Positions 1 through 14,000 of a DNA stretch of 64,000 nt are shown here, one piece after another. Each line of letters begins with the position of its first letter. The first letter of the stretch is position 1. Origin of the DNA: Mustelus asterias (Eukaryota); contig NC_135817.1 of NCBI RefSeq assembly GCF_964213995.1, positions 61,628,001 through 61,692,000 of the forward strand. Reading direction: 5' to 3'. Both the position numbers and the translations under genes were made by a program. The notes under the pieces were generated by a model, which was not told the origin of the DNA, did not search any database, and saw only the letters and a program-made list of their open reading frames with translations.

Positions 1-1146
1 TCCTTAAATTGCCCAAATTCCCCCGTGCCCCATTTACTTTGCTCTGGGATCCATGGCCCTCCTTGGATCCCACAGCTTGCAGTCCCGACAGTGCCCACTG
101 GTGTACTTCTGGCACTGCCAGGCCTACCAGCCAACACGATTGAGGTGGGACTGGCTCCACATTGAGGAGCGGAAGTCCCACACTGCCTCAATTCAGCCTT
201 CCCACAGCACATTAAAGTGGGTCAGCTCCACACTGACGATGCCTCTGGAGGGACAATCCATTTGCCCCTTCGTAATTTTCTGCCCCAAGTGTCAGTAAGC
301 TATCCAATTAAGGAATATCACAAGCCTGTCCATTGTAGATATACCACACTTGCAGCAGGGGATAGAAATCTGAGACAACATTGCTCTTCTTAATTCAGGA
401 GCACGGAGCCAGGGTCAGTACACATTCCCAGCTTTCCTCATCTGTATGGCTTTAATTGATCATTGCCTCGACTACAGCACACTGATATTTTGCGGTCACT
501 ATCCAAAGGCTTTTACAACAAAGTTCCTTCAACCTCCTCTCCCTCCCACCCCATCCTCTGCTGGCTGGAGTGTTTATCCAGTGGTTGCTAAATCACCACC
601 AAGGCTGCTCCATGAATAACGGCAACTTGAACAGAAGCCCAGTGGACATTTGTGGAACTATATCCCTGATAATAGTCAAAATCTTGACAAAAAGAGGACA
701 GGGATGGGAAGAAGTTTGGGATCACATACTTCAGTTTATGTTGTTCAATCTTTGTGGTGTTGAGCACTACGGGATTGGCTGTGGATTTTTCATTAATAAA
801 TAAAAAAATCTACATAACTGAGTTGCTGTTCAGGAAGACAGCATGTACCAGACGGACAATTGGCGGCCTCCAGTGCCATAATAACTGTGACTCTAAATAG
901 CAGAATGTTTAATTTCTGGGTCCGAACACACCCTTCTTAAACATACAAACGTCACAGCAAATTAAATACCCGCAGACCACAAAAAGACAAGTAGTTTTAC
1001 CCAAGTCTCCCACCCACCCCCTCCCCATATTATTTACAGATATACCTCTGTGATTCACAGCTGATACAAAAGAACTGCAACTTCATTAAAATGGCGAGTA
1101 ACATCTCACCAGCCTTAATACAGCTTTTCTGTACAGCAGATTCTAC

Positions 1147-1315
1147 CTGTGATCACACGGCCCTTTGGGTAGTTGCCTGGGTATCCACCACTGGCCATGA
1201 CCACTGTCACAGCTGCGCGGTTTTCCAGCCAGGACGGCATGGCTCGAGAAAGCTTGCCATCCACAGTTGCTTGCACAACTTCATACAAGTCACTGTTTAG
1301 TAAGGGAAGAATGAC
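1147..1315 (-). CDS. GART: GART coding exon 9 (169 nt); gene continues beyond window start
   Basis: VILPLLNSDLYEVVQATVDGKLSRAMPSWLENRAAVTVVMASGGYPGNYPKGRVIT; AG/GT boundaries. No further exon recognised in 1-1146. Confidence 0.96.
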
Positions 1316-1461
1316 CTGAAACACAGCCAAGGGTCAAAATGAGATTTCTCAGCTTAAAAGGATAAAAGGGAAAAATAATCAATATGAAGACACATTAGGT
1401 AATGTAGACTTGTGCTTTACATCAAAGCATGTATCTCAGACAGACTACAGGGCCACAGTCA

Positions 1462-1584
<123 letters not shown>

Positions 1585-2122
1585 TCATACAGCTCTCTCT
1601 CATTTCAATGGTATTTCAGTGTCTGATCACCTCATGGACTTCTCTATTGATGGCACAAATGTGAATACTGATTGAAGGATGGAACTGTGTTGCAATATTT
1701 GTACACTACATTTGTACAATAAGGGCAAAAGTAAATATCCTGCTATTGAAGTAAGGCCACCTAAAAAATAGTAAAAGGCCTACAGATGTACAGCACACAG
1801 GTCCAGTTCCATAATCAATAGATTGCTTTTTCACCCCCCCATTACCTGGAAAAACATCCACGCTATGAAGAGCACCCAGAACTGAAGTCATTAAAATAAT
1901 TCAAAGTTTAGCAACATACACTCTCATTTTCTCAATTCTCATGAAGGTGTTAGGTTACAGTGCATGCGTCATCACCATCAGTGTCAGCCTTGATCATGAG
2001 TGCCATTTGACTACTGCTCAGTCCATTCCTGCGCCCTACTACATCAACTTTCTTGTGGGAGTCACCACAATATTAGGGCGTAGGCATTTTTTGCTGATTT
2101 TCTCCTACCTAACTTGGAGTTT

Positions 2123-2430
2123 AAAAAAAATTAATTTCATGGGATGTGGGCGTCGCTGGTTGGGCCAGCATCTTTTGCCCATCCCTGAGGGGATTTAAGA
2201 GTCAACCACATTGCCGTGGATATGGAATCACATGAGCCAGACCAGGTAAGCATGAAAGATTTCCTTCCCTCAAGGGCATTAGTGAACCAGATGGACAATC
2301 AACAATGGTTTCATGGTTTTTAATCCCTGATTTTTATTGAATTCAACTTTCACCATCTGCCATGGTGGGAATGAACCTGGGTCCACAGGACATTACTCTA
2401 GACAGCGACAATACCACTATGCAACTGCTT
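2123..2430 (-). mobile_element. Copy of the second SINE family
   Basis: Reverse complement of the 43177-43520 type. Confidence 0.8.
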
Positions 2431-2617
2431 GAATCACTGTCTCAGCTGAGATCAGCTAACTCACTCAGCCCAGATGTAAAACGAGCTTGGATCCCTCCGG
2501 TTCAACTTTACAAAGGGCTGTGCCTTTACTCACTGTTCTGGTTAGAGCACTTTGTTCACTCTGAAGGTCTGAGGCTCCAACCTACAACATTGGCCTACAA
2601 AATAAAGCAACACTCAC

Positions 2618-2705
2618 CAACATAAGGGGTTCCTTCTTGTCTCATGCCATCAACTGTTTTCTGAAGAACGTTTTCCTTGATCATTTGAAGAAGGTTTTTG
2701 GAAAC
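2618..2705 (-). CDS. GART: GART coding exon 7 (88 nt)
   Basis: VSKNLLQMIKENVLQKTVDGMRQEGTPYV; TAG acceptor, GTGAG donor. Confidence 0.94.
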
Positions 2706-3109
2706 CTAAAAAGCCACAACCAAAATATAAAAGAAAATCCAACCCAGGCCGAAAACAGCTGGCAGACCAGTCATCATCTGAGCAATGACTCGGATGCAAA
2801 TCCATGAAGTCCCATAACCAGTACCAGGAAATTAATTTCCTGGATGTTGTTTATTTGAATTATCTGAAAGAATGCATTTGCAGTGACACTGACACTTGCA
2901 AGAGTGGAATAATTTTCACCATCTGCCAGGGTGGGATTTGAAACTAGGGGATTTTCACAATAACTTCATTGCAGTGTTAACGTAAGCCTACTTGTGACTA
3001 ATAAATAAATATAAAAAATATATGAAATATAATTCGCATTCATATACTATGTATCCAAACTGGCTGTGGTGGCCAGAAATTGGTTAAGCTTTCGGCTTCC
3101 TGCCACATC

Positions 3110-3275
3110 TTCAAAGGTGTGTGGCTGAGGTCGATTGGCCATGCTAAATTGCCCCTTAGTGTCAGGGGGATTAGTACGGTAATGGTTTATGGTGATAGGG
3201 GCTGGGTGGGATTGTTGTCGGTGCAGGTTTGATGGGCTGAATGGCCTTCTTCTGCACTGTAGGGACTCTATGATT
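3110..3275 (+). mobile_element. V-SINE 3' half, tail A
   Basis: GATTGGCCATGCTAAATTGCCCCTTAGTGTC...GCACTGTAGGGACTCTATG. Confidence 0.85.
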
Positions 3276-3354
3276 AGCGACAGATTGTAATTGCTCATTA
3301 TCACCGCCTCTCCAAGGAAGATTGGTGAACAATTGGCAAATACAAGCTTGTTTG

Positions 3355-3665
3355 AAGAAGGAAATTTGCATTTATATAACGCTTTTCATAACCACCAAAC
3401 GGCTGAAAGCACTTTACAGTCAAGAAGTAATTTTGAAGTTGTAAGGCAGCTAAAGTACCCACAGCAAACACACACAAACAGCAATGTATTAATGACCAGA
3501 TCAGACTGAGAGAACGACGCCATCCGAAACTGGCTCCTCCAACAGTGTAGCACTCCCTCAGTATTATGCTGCAATGTCAGCCTAAATGTTTGTGCTCAAG
3601 TTCTTAAGAGTTGGATCTGAACCCCAGAACCGTTGAACTTGGAGGCGAGAGTGCTACCAACAGAG
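3355..3665 (-). mobile_element. DeuSINE-like (SacSINE1/AmnSINE-related) element
   Basis: GCACTCCCTCAGTATTATGCTGCAATGTCAGCCTA resembles the Deu domain; tRNA-like head at the right end. Related pieces at about 39065-39230, 39890-40070 and 42050-42410. Confidence 0.6.
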
Positions 3666-3949
3666 TTTGGGGGAGTTCTTTAAATCAACAACTCAGCTCA
3701 GGAAACAGTACCTTTTCTTTAATTGATAAGATTAAGTGAAAGAAATTAAGCCAAAGAAATTACTTAAGTGAAAGGAATTGTTTGAGTAATCATAATGATT
3801 CCAAGTCTGGATTTTAACAGACTACGTTATAGGTGAAAATGATGACAAAAAAATCCTAAAAGTGAGGTCCCAGCAAAGAATAAATTAGAATGGAAATCAT
3901 CGCAACAAGTTTTGTATACAATCTTAGAACATCTCACTCACAATCAATG

Positions 3950-4335
3950 ATTTGAGGTATTATTGTCACATTTATTGGGATACAGCGAAAAGTATTGTTT
4001 CTTGTGCACAAAGTTCATGGAGTACATGGGGGAGAAGGAAACAGAGGGTGCAGAATGTAGTGTTACAATTATAGGGTGTGGAGAAAGATTAATGTAATAT
4101 AAGGTAGGTCCATTCAAAAGTCTGATGGCAACAAGGAAGAAGCCGTTCTCGAGTCGGGTTGGTATGTGACCTCAGACTTTTGTATCTTGTTCCCGACAGA
4201 AGAAGGTGGAAGAGTACGTCCGGGGTGTGTGAGGTCCTTGATTATGCTGGCCGCTTTCCCGGGGCAGCAGGAAGTGTAGACAGATTCAGTGGATGGGAGG
4301 CTGGCTTGCGTGAAGGACTGGGCGGCATTCACAAA
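3950..4335 (-). mobile_element. Rex1/Babar-like LINE 3' end
   Basis: KAASIIKDLTHPG and NSFFP..IRLLN-type end. Other copies at about 4945-5265, 37205-37335 and 56226-56528. Confidence 0.75.
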
Positions 4336-5373
4336 GTCAGGAACCAATGAAGTCCAAGAGCTGATTTATATGGTGGGTCTGAGGCAGATGGCCACACCCA
4401 GGAGACCTGGGAGATTTTAACCACTTCACCTGCATCAGGCCCGTCCATCCACTGCACAAGTAGCTGGTAAGGTGTCAGGGTGCACGATTCTAGCTGGCAG
4501 GATATTCACTGCCAGGGACCTGGAATAATGGTCCCAGCACTCAGCTAAGTGATTTTGGGTTGCGTGGAGGAAGGAATGGCCGGGGGTGGGGACGGAGGCG
4601 GTGTATACTGAATGACACAGTGGTAAAGCGAAGAAAGCCTGAAGTGGGGCAGGCTCAAGGTATCCTAATAGGGTCCCAGAGGAACACTTGGCTGGCCAAG
4701 CAAGGAAGCCCAATATTGTTAATGCAAGCCTCCAGTTAAAAACTGCAGCACAGTCCTGATGGCATCATCAAATGCCTCTACATTTTCGGAGAAGATTCCT
4801 GCTGCCTTCCGGGAGCTTCTCTCAACTGCTCAGAGGAGCAGGTTAAAATTGCTGCCTGTGGAATGGCAACATGGTCGTTGCAGGCAAGGGACACTGGCTG
4901 TTTTAACTCATTTAAATTTGACTGACTAGTCATATTCGCAAATTCCACTGGGATACAGTGAAAAGTATTGTTTCTTGCGCATTATACAAAGCATACCATT
5001 CATAGAGTACATAGGGGAGAAGGAAACAAGAGTGCGCAGAATGTAGCGTTACAATCATAGGGCGCAGAGAAAGATCAATTTGATATAAAGTAGGTTCATT
5101 CAAAAGTCTGCTAGCAACAGGGAAGAAGCTGTTCTTGAGTCAGTTGGTACTTTTGTATCTTTTTCCCGGCGGAAGAAGGTGGAAGAGAGAATGTCCGGGG
5201 TGTGCGGGGTCCTTAATTATGCTGGCTGCTTTGCTGAGGCAACAGGAAGTGTAGACAGAGTCAACAATAGATAGCTGAAGTACTGCAGAAAACAGTAGAT
5301 TACAATTCCACTAGGTGTAACCAGACTGTCAAAATTCTTCTGCAAAATCACAAAGATTAATCTTCAAATATTA

Positions 5374-5565
<192 letters not shown>

Positions 5566-5939
5566 TCAGAACAAGATTCAAGCTATTCAGGAAAATGAAA
5601 ACTTGATTCCTGATGTCCTAGCCAATTGAAATCACATGCTGGGAAAGCACTGAAAGCAGTAAACAGGGGTGCAAAGAGATACTTGTGATCTGAATTGAGC
5701 AGAAATCAATCAATGCTGTGTAATCTAGAATATCGCACCACCACTGGACAACATGCCCTTGGCAACTGCTCTCAATGCAGGGCACCTGGAGGGGAAATTA
5801 ATGGTCTCCGCTCTGGAACTCTCTGTAATGTCATGTCTCAGTCCAGTAATTCATTGCACAGTACCCTGGCACAACCTGATTTCCCATCATTCTGTGGTGC
5901 AGCACATTGGAGCTCTGTCTAAAGTGTTGGGCTGATATA

Positions 5940-6385
5940 AAAACAGAAAATAGGAGCAGGAGGAGGCCATTTGGCCCTTCGAGCCTGCTCCACCATTCTG
6001 CCCAATCCCACCTTCTCCCCCCCCCATATCCTTTGACCCCCCCTTTCACCCCAAGTACTATATCTAACTGCTTCTTGAAAACATACAATGTTTTGGCCTC
6101 AATTATTTTCTCTGGTAACAAATTCCACAGGCTGACCACTCTCTGAGTGAAGATATTTCTCCTTATCTCTGTCTCTATTGTAAACGCAACTGCAACCTCT
6201 GGTTCTTGTCCCCTATCATCGGGGACATCCTTTGTGCATCTACCCTGTCAAATCCTGTTAGAATTTTATAGGTTTCTATGAGATTCCCCCCTCAATCCTC
6301 TGAACTGCAGTGAATACAATGCTAAATGACTCAATCTCTCTTCGTACATCAGCCCTGCCATCCCAGGAATCCGTTTGGTAAACCA
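5940..6385 (-). mobile_element. CR1 LINE 3' fragment
   Basis: VSLWNLLPEKIIEAKTLYVFKKQLD plus the CR1-type 3' end. Confidence 0.85.
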
Positions 6386-6595
6386 GATATGCAAGTTAAA
6401 ATTTGGTTAATGATTGAATGATTCCCTGGAATCTGATCTTCCAGGTCCAGGTATAACTTTTATCCGAGCTACTCAGGGTATATAACCCACATTGAGTCTA
6501 CTCTGGATGTACAATTGGATGAACTTGGCAATGAAAAACATAAACAAAAACTTCAATTTATAAATAGGCTGGCAAAAGGCACAAGCCTTACTTAC

Positions 6596-6664
6596 AGAAA
6601 CTTCCTCTCCTTCAAGAAGCTCCTCCACAATCACAGTTTCACCAGCAGTACCAAAGGCCCTTTC
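6596..6664 (-). CDS. GART: GART coding exon 5 (69 nt)
   Basis: ERAFGTAGETVIVEELLEGEEVS; AAG acceptor, GTAAG donor. Confidence 0.95.
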
Positions 6665-7974
6665 CTTTTTAAAAAGAAAATACAAATATAAGTACATATA
6701 GCTCAGCATACCAGTTGAAAAAGGCCCAAGCAGATTAATTGTTAAAACTACATTTGAATTACTAAACTGATAATGAAAAATTTAGGTTCAGACATTTGGA
6801 ACTGTACCCAAAAAAAGACATAATCTTCAAAGAGCAGAGCAAAATTAGTACAAAAAGCACCTCCAACAAAGCATTTCTTTTTTGATGATAAGGGCCAGGA
6901 TTCTGCTAAACAAATTCAAAGTTCTTGACGTACAGGAAAACGGGAGTAAATCCCGCTGGTTTTTTTAGTGTGATTTTCAGAACGAATCTCCAACACTCAG
7001 TGCATCACAGAGAGCCCTAGCGGGATTCACTTTGGAAATCTGTAGCCGGGTCCTATTCCCACCCGAGTGGCCGGCAGCATAAGCACTGAGCGGGCCACTG
7101 TGCCAATCTGTCAGCGTGGAGATCGACGCCGTGGCCCCCATTGCCAGCCTCCAGATCGCAGGCCAACCTCGCAAACCCCCATCGCTGGCCTACCGACTGA
7201 TTGCTGGCCTCCCAGTCCTCCCCTGGCCAGCCCCGGTGTCACCCCCGCCCCCCCACCCCGATCTTCTCGAAATAATGGAATTATTTTTAATCAGCGTCCG
7301 TACCAAGAGTGGCCTGACTTCAAATAACTGAAGATGACTTGCAAAAAAGCCAATGCAGAATCATAGATGTACAGCAGCCAGTTTATAAATGAAGCATCTT
7401 TTATAAAATGTTATTAAAAAATGCCAATTGGTGAACCAGCATCGACAAAGCAGAATCTTCAGAGCTTCTTTGAAGGTCCCCCAAATTGCACAATTAGTGG
7501 CGGACAATCACCATGGTTTGGAATTCGATCAGGAGCATGTTCAGCTTTGTGAATGAGGCAAGCTTCCAGTACGATGCTTTCTAAACCAGTGTCAAACATG
7601 ACAGAAACTCAATTTACATTTAACACAATGCCTGCTCGATTGCGTCTGCTGGTTTGTCCAATTTTTGACAAACAAACATAACCTTGTAGAAACTCACACC
7701 ACTATTTTTATCTCCGTGCCTGCCACGGGAATTGTAGCGGGCGGGAGGCGGACCATGCAAAGGTGCATTGATCTCAGGCAGGATTCTCCAGTTTTGAGGT
7801 GAGTGCGGCCAGAGAATCCCACCCAACATTTACTTTTGAGTGGCAGACTGCATGTTTGACAAGGTTTGTTTATGTAGTATTTCACTTATTTCAAATACAG
7901 TTATCTAATTTCTAATCTCTTCACTTGATGTCATGTTCACCTGCCCCATTTCCCTTGTAAACATGGAAAAGAAA

Positions 7975-8252
7975 TGTTTATTTATTAGTCACAAGTAAGG
8001 CTTACATTAGCACTGCAATGAAGTTACTGTGAAATTCTCCTAGTCGCCACATTCCGGCGCCTGTTCAGGTCAAATGCACCTAACCCGCACATCTTTCAGA
8101 CTGTGGGAGGAAACCGGAGCACCCGGAGGAAACCCACACAGACACGGGGAGAACGTGAAACACCACACAGACAGTGACCTAAGCCAGGAATCGAATCCGG
8201 GTTCCTGGCGCTGTGAGGCAGCAGTGCTGACCACTGTGCCACCATGCCACCC
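7975..8252 (-). mobile_element. V-SINE, tail type B
   Basis: Same head and core, but the tail reads CACAGTAACTTCATTGCAGTG..AATGTAAGCC..ACTTGTGACTAATAAATAAAC. Confidence 0.88.
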
Positions 8253-8389
8253 TGATTATTTGTTAATATTTCTGCCATTTTTCTATTGTTGCCAACATGA
8301 TTCTTTCCATTATGTTCTATCCATTAAGGATAGGTAATAAATACTGGCCAGCCAGCGACGCCCATGTCCCATAAATGAATAAAAATAAA

Positions 8390-9600
8390 TTGTGACTCCA
8401 TTGCCATCATGACTTTCTTCTTCCTATGTGCCTGCAAAATATTTACCATTTTGTTTTCTGCTCCCTAGATAATTTAATTTGATGCATCCTCTTTGCTACT
8501 GTTTTAAAATAAAACTTTATTTTCTAATTTCTTCATATTCTGCCTCGTGATTCTCTAACTTGCTGTCAATATACTTTGTGAATGTCTCTATTGTTAATCC
8601 CCAGTGTGTTCCTTATGTCTTTATTCATCCAAAGTAACTCATTACTGTTTAGCTTTTTAAAATTTTTTTTAAAAACAGAATCTATTTTCCCTGCGTTTTG
8701 TTCAACACCATTTTCAATATTTGGCATTACTGTTCTACAACATTGTTCACTGCAATTGTTTTCCATTTTACTTTCCAAAGCTCTATTCGCAACCCTCAAA
8801 ATTGGCTTTTCTCCAATCTGCTGCCCTGGTCTACATTATATACATGTCCTTCTCAATTACATTAAAAAATGTATAATATTTTGGTCACTATTGCCCAGAT
8901 GTTCCCCTGCCTGTACATTTTAAAGTGCCCTAGTTCATTCCCCATAACTGGATACAGTAATGATTCTTCCCTTGTTGTGCTTTCTGTAGACCAGGTTAGA
9001 AAGGAGTCCTGTACACACAGTGCAGGAACTCTATTCCCTAAAGCCTTTTCCTACCACCTCTAGCCAATTAATAAAGATTGTTGAAATTGCCCAAGGTTAT
9101 TATTATTTTAAACTTATTTCCTTAATTCGTTTGCATATCTCTTCCACCATGAGATAACATGTAAACTATACTTAGTGTGCTTGATCGTTAATCATCTTAA
9201 TCTCCATCTGTACGAATTTTATTTTTGTCTAGCTTTCCATCTTTTTCTACAGCCATATGTTTTCCCTATTAAGTTCACAGCCACTCCACTCCCGGTTTTC
9301 CCTTTTCACCTTTCACAAATCATTTGTACTCTGCAATTTTAATTTCCAGTGGTTTTTTCTGTTGCCACTTTCACAGTCTTCAGTAGTGTGTGTGGTTCCT
9401 CGTAATGTATTCTTGTCCCCAGTTCCTTTTTCATAACCTGAACTGTTTTCCGCATTGATATCACAGAGATTGCCCCGTGACCCACGGCGCCGCCTGCCCT
9501 TGTGAATCGACGCATGTCTGTGCACAGTAAACACATTTCTCCCTCTCACGCTCTTGTTTAGCAAGTTACTGGAAGCAATAGGATCTGAAGCAGCTGCTTA
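8390..9600 (-). mobile_element. Old CR1-like LINE, 5'/endonuclease region, heavily decayed
   Basis: LLWMNKDIR-like linker motif and ORF1-like Cys/coiled-coil remnants. Confidence 0.45.
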
Positions 9601-9680
9601 GCGTCGAGGTTACATGGAGCGAAAATACAACTGTTGTCACACGGGTCCTCAAAGAGGAGGCCTTGGAAGGAACCATAACC

Positions 9681-9945
9681 AGGTGACACAGTGGTTAGCA
9701 CTGCTGCAACACAGCACTAGGAACCCGGATTCGATTCCCGGCTTGGGTCACTGTGCGGATTCTGCACGTTCTCCCAGTGTCTACGTGGGTTTCCTCCAGA
9801 TGCTCCGATTTCCTCCCACAGTCCAAAAGACGTGCTGGTTAGGTATATTGGCCATGCTAAATTCTCCCTCAGTGTACCCGAACAGGCGCCGGTATTTTTA
9901 CAGTAATTTCATTACAGTGTTAATGTAAGCCTAATAAATAAACTT
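9681..9945 (+). mobile_element. V-SINE, tail B
   Basis: AAATTCTCCCTCAGTGTACCCGAACAGGCGCCGG then tail B. Confidence 0.88.
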
Positions 9946-10031
9946 AAAATGAAGGAGTGTTCCTTTCATTCACTGAAAACCGCATATTTTTGAAAGAATA
10001 AAACCTTACACAAAACTCTATGGTAACATAC

Positions 10032-10143
10032 CTGCATTATATCACGGACTGCTTTGCAAGCCTCTCCTTTATCAGCTGCCACGATAACACCTTTCCCAGC
10101 TGCCAAGCCACTTGCTTTTACTACCAGTGCGGGGAAATCAGCC
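10032..10143 (-). CDS. GART: GART coding exon 4 (112 nt)
   Basis: ADFPALVVKASGLAAGKGVIVAADKGEACKAVRDIMQ with the ATP-grasp GLAAGKGV motif; AG/GT boundaries. Confidence 0.96.
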
Positions 10144-10435
10144 CTGAAAGAAAAGCAACAAGAAATCCATTACAAGGTATGGGGTTTTCCTTGAAATTTT
10201 CCTTCTCTGCACCATGCATGGTATTCCCTGTTTAAGAGGTTTTCAAGAAGTAACATGTAGTGTATGCACACACGAGGAAACATTTCAGAGCAAAGTGCAA
10301 GGGCTAATGGTGTACTTCTTATATTCTGCTTCGGGTTTTAATCAAACCTATTTTAGTAACAGTAGTGGAGCCTCAAATCATTTTCTTCAATTTTGTGACT
10401 AAATAGAATTTGGATTTCCTGACTGGCAAAAACAC

Positions 10436-11490
10436 GAGGACAAGTTGTCTACATGGACTTTGGAAAGACCTTTGGCAGGGTACCGCACGGTAGGTTGTTG
10501 CACAAGGTTAAAACTCACAGGATCCAGGGTGAGGTAGCCAATTGGATACAAAATTGGCTTGATGACAGAAGACAGAGGCGGTTGTAGAACTGGAGACCTG
10601 TGTGACCAGCAATGTGCCTCAGGGATCGTTGCTGGGACCACTGTCATTTATCATTTATATAATGATTTGGATGCAAATTTAGGAGGTATGGTTAGTAAGT
10701 TTGCAGATGACAACAAGATTAGTGGCAGAGTGGACAGTGAAGGTTATCTAGGATTGCAATGGGATCTTGGTCAATTGGGCCAGTGGGCTGACAAATGGCA
10801 AATGGAGTTTAATTTAGATAAATGCGTGGTGATGCATTTTGGTAGATTGAACCAGAGCAGGATTTACTCAGTTAATTGTAGGGTGTTGGGGAGAGTTACA
10901 GAACAAACAGGTCTAGGGTACAGATTAATAGCTCCTTGAAAGTGGAGTCACAGGTGGATAGGATGGTGAAGAAGGCATTTGGCATACTTGGTTTCATTGG
11001 TCAGAACATTGAATACAGGAGTTGGGACATCTTGTTGAAGTTGTACAAGACGGCAACACTTGGAATACTTTGTACAGTTCTAGTCACCCTATGATAGAAA
11101 GGATATTATTAAACTAGAAAGAGTACAGAAAAGATTTACTAGGATGCTACCTGAACTTGATGATTTGATTTATAATGAGAGACTGGTTAGACTGGGACTT
11201 TTTTCCCTGGAGCGTAGCAAGTTTAGGGGTGATCTTATAGAGGTCTATAAAATAATGAGGGGCATAGATAAGGTAGATAGTCAACATCTTTTCCCAAAGG
11301 TAGAGGAGTCTAAAACTAGAGGGAATAGGTTTAAGGTGAGAGGGGAGATACAAAAGGGTCCAGAGGAGCAACTTTTTCCACATAGAGGGTGGTAAGTATC
11401 TGGAACAAGCTGCCAATGGTAATAGCAGAGGCGAGTACAATTTTGTATTTTAAAAAGCATTTAGACAGTTACATGTATAAGATTATATAA
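10436..11490 (+). mobile_element. CR1-type LINE 3' fragment (RT)
   Basis: SKFADDNKISG, WADKWQMEFNLDKC and LERSKFRGDLIEVYKIMRG; frameshifted. Confidence 0.9.
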
Positions 11491-12507
11491 GAGGGAGTCA
11501 AGAATAATTTGGGATTAAAAGGGTAACAGGTCAGGTTAGATCAGATCAGAGTGAATAGAGTATAGAAAAGTCATAAAGTGCCTGGAATATAGTTTACAAT
11601 GGTAATATTTGCATAGAAACACATATAACCAATATTAGAGAATTTAGACGTGTATTTTTGAAAACATTATATTCTACATAATGGCTAATAACACAAAGCT
11701 GCATGGCATTATAGGACGTAGTCAAGTAAAAAGAACCACATTCTTCAGAACAATGCAGCTACTAAGCGAAGGGAACAGCAATTTTTACCAGTGTCTCCAG
11801 ACGGCCCTAATGAATAGAGTATTCACTAGCCAAGAACAATGCCACAGGTCTCAGACAGTTTAATGAATAGGACATGCATTACACCAGATAAAGTCTGTGG
11901 GAAGCGTGTCAAGTGACTGTGAGAAAGACTTTCAAAGTCTGCGAACTCAGGTAGCCCCATGCTGTCAGAGAGTAAATGTTATTGGTCAAGGTAAAATAAT
12001 GAATACTAATAATGATTGGCTCATACCCAGCTGGGATGAGCAAATGATTTTTGAAAATTGCATAATTGTAATACCGAGAGTGATGTAATTTCATTGCGAT
12101 TTGGAACTGCCCCAAACCTCTCTCCCTCATACATTGAACCAGTTTGGAAAATAAAGAAACGTCTTTAACCAGAGTTTCTGCAAGTCTTTGTGAAAGCTGA
12201 GCCATAATTAAGCAAAAGCCAGCATAATAAATAGTCTCTGAAAAATGCTCCTACACATTGGTGTAAAGAGATATGGGCCAAACGCAGGCAATTGGGAAAA
12301 CTGAGCAGCATGGACAAGTTGGGCGGAAGGGCCTTTTTCCATGCTGTAAACCTCTGACTCTAGTAATTCAAATTTTTCCAGGCGATTAAGTTTTAGTTGC
12401 AAGACCACCATTTGAAATATTAAGCTTTGCATCTTAACATTTACACTGATGTGGTAAACACTGTGACAATACTGTGCCATTAAGAAATGTATTTTTATCA
12501 TGTTTCT

Positions 12508-13202
12508 TGTAAGGGGTATGTGTAGAATTCAGCTCTCTTTACATGGTGCTGATTTGTCTGCACCAGGCAACTCTCATGCTGAGAATGCAAACTAATAATT
12601 GATCTTAGCTAATGGTGTGTTTGTATTAATCTGATCTGATGCATTTTTGGTTTTTCCCCTGGAGTTTCAGCGTAGAGTTTTCATTAAGTTGATTGACAAG
12701 AGACAGAGTGAGGTCCTAATGGGAGAAGTTAAGCTTACAAGGAAAATAGTTAGTTTCTGCTTCTCTCTCACTCTCTGGATTCTGCTGTTTGGGACCTGCT
12801 AGGAGAAATGGGTCTCTTTCTCCAGAGGTGTTCTGTAGGTTTGAGGATTGGCAGCCCACATACCAGCACAAAAGTTTGTGTTGTTTGCTAACTGATTTTG
12901 AAGAGAGTTTAAGTCTATGAGGAATATTGCTTAAATTGGAACTAATAGAGATTGGTTAGCAGTTAAGAATTATACTTTGTCATGTTTAAGTATTTCAATT
13001 GGTAAAGATTAAACTAATTAATTTTTTATAGTTAAACTGTATTATTGAACAAAATTTGTTTTGATATAAGATTCCTAGTTTGTCAATAGAATCACACCTG
13101 GAGTGAAATACCTTATCCTCACACTAATGCCAAAATAAAAAATAGTTGTGTTTGAGTCTAACTTCATAATATGCCTTGGGGTTTCTGATCTGGTCCCTAA
13201 CA
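12508..13202 (+). mobile_element. Possible solo LTR
   Basis: TGTAAGGGG...CCCTAACA imperfect inverted termini, AATAAA near 13134; no target-site duplication seen. Confidence 0.4.
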
Positions 13203-13319
13203 ACAAGAAGTTGCAGAGGCTTAGTCACATGACAATATTAACATTAATAGGAAGGTCTTCAGCATTCTAGAAAAATCTCAATTTAATGCGCACACTACGT
13301 AGATGAACACCCTTCTTAC

Positions 13320-13494
13320 TGTTGGATGTAGTTACATGCTTCCTCGGGGTCTGTAAAGGCTTTCCATCGAGCAGTGGGGATATCATGTCGATCCAAGAAG
13401 TCTTTGGCAAAATGCTTGCTAGCTTCCAATTGTGTTGCCTTGGCTGACGGGCCAAAACATCTCACTCCAGCAGCTGTCAAGTCATCGACAATTC
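13320..13494 (-). CDS. GART: GART coding exon 3 (175 nt)
   Basis: GIVDDLTAAGVRCFGPSAKATQLEASKHFAKDFLDRHDIPTARWKAFTDPEEACNYIQ; AG/GT boundaries. Confidence 0.95.
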
Positions 13495-13969
13495 CTGAAG
13501 AACATCAACAAACAGCTTTTTAGAAGTTTATCTTCCAATTTCCTCCTTCTCGTTCCATCCTCCTCTTCCAAAGACAAGTGACTTGCGCTGGAGCACATTG
13601 AAGGTGGGTGGGAGTGGGAAATCAAGAGAATGGTTATAGCACAGGTTATTCAGCCCGTTGTGTCCATACTAGCTCTCGGAAAGAGCAATTTACCCAGTGC
13701 AATTCCCTGGCCTTCGACAGAATGGTCATAACGGCAAAAGAAAAAGAAAATCACAGTCAAACCCAATCAACATTCACACAAGTACATTGTCACTGGATGG
13801 GCATTGTTAGGAATCCTGGATTATTATCCCCGTCTCAGCCTTTGTAGACATGGAAGTCATTCACTGAGTGAAAGGTCAGAAATAGAACACTACTTTGAAA
13901 GAACATTAACACTTTTGTGATTAAGGGCAGGATTTTCGCGAAATCTTCACAAGTCCATGAACCTTCAAA

Positions 13970-13973
<4 letters not shown>

Positions 13974-14000
<27 letters not shown>
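13974..14000 (+). repeat. Poly-G tract (27 nt)
   Basis: Direct count. Confidence 0.95.
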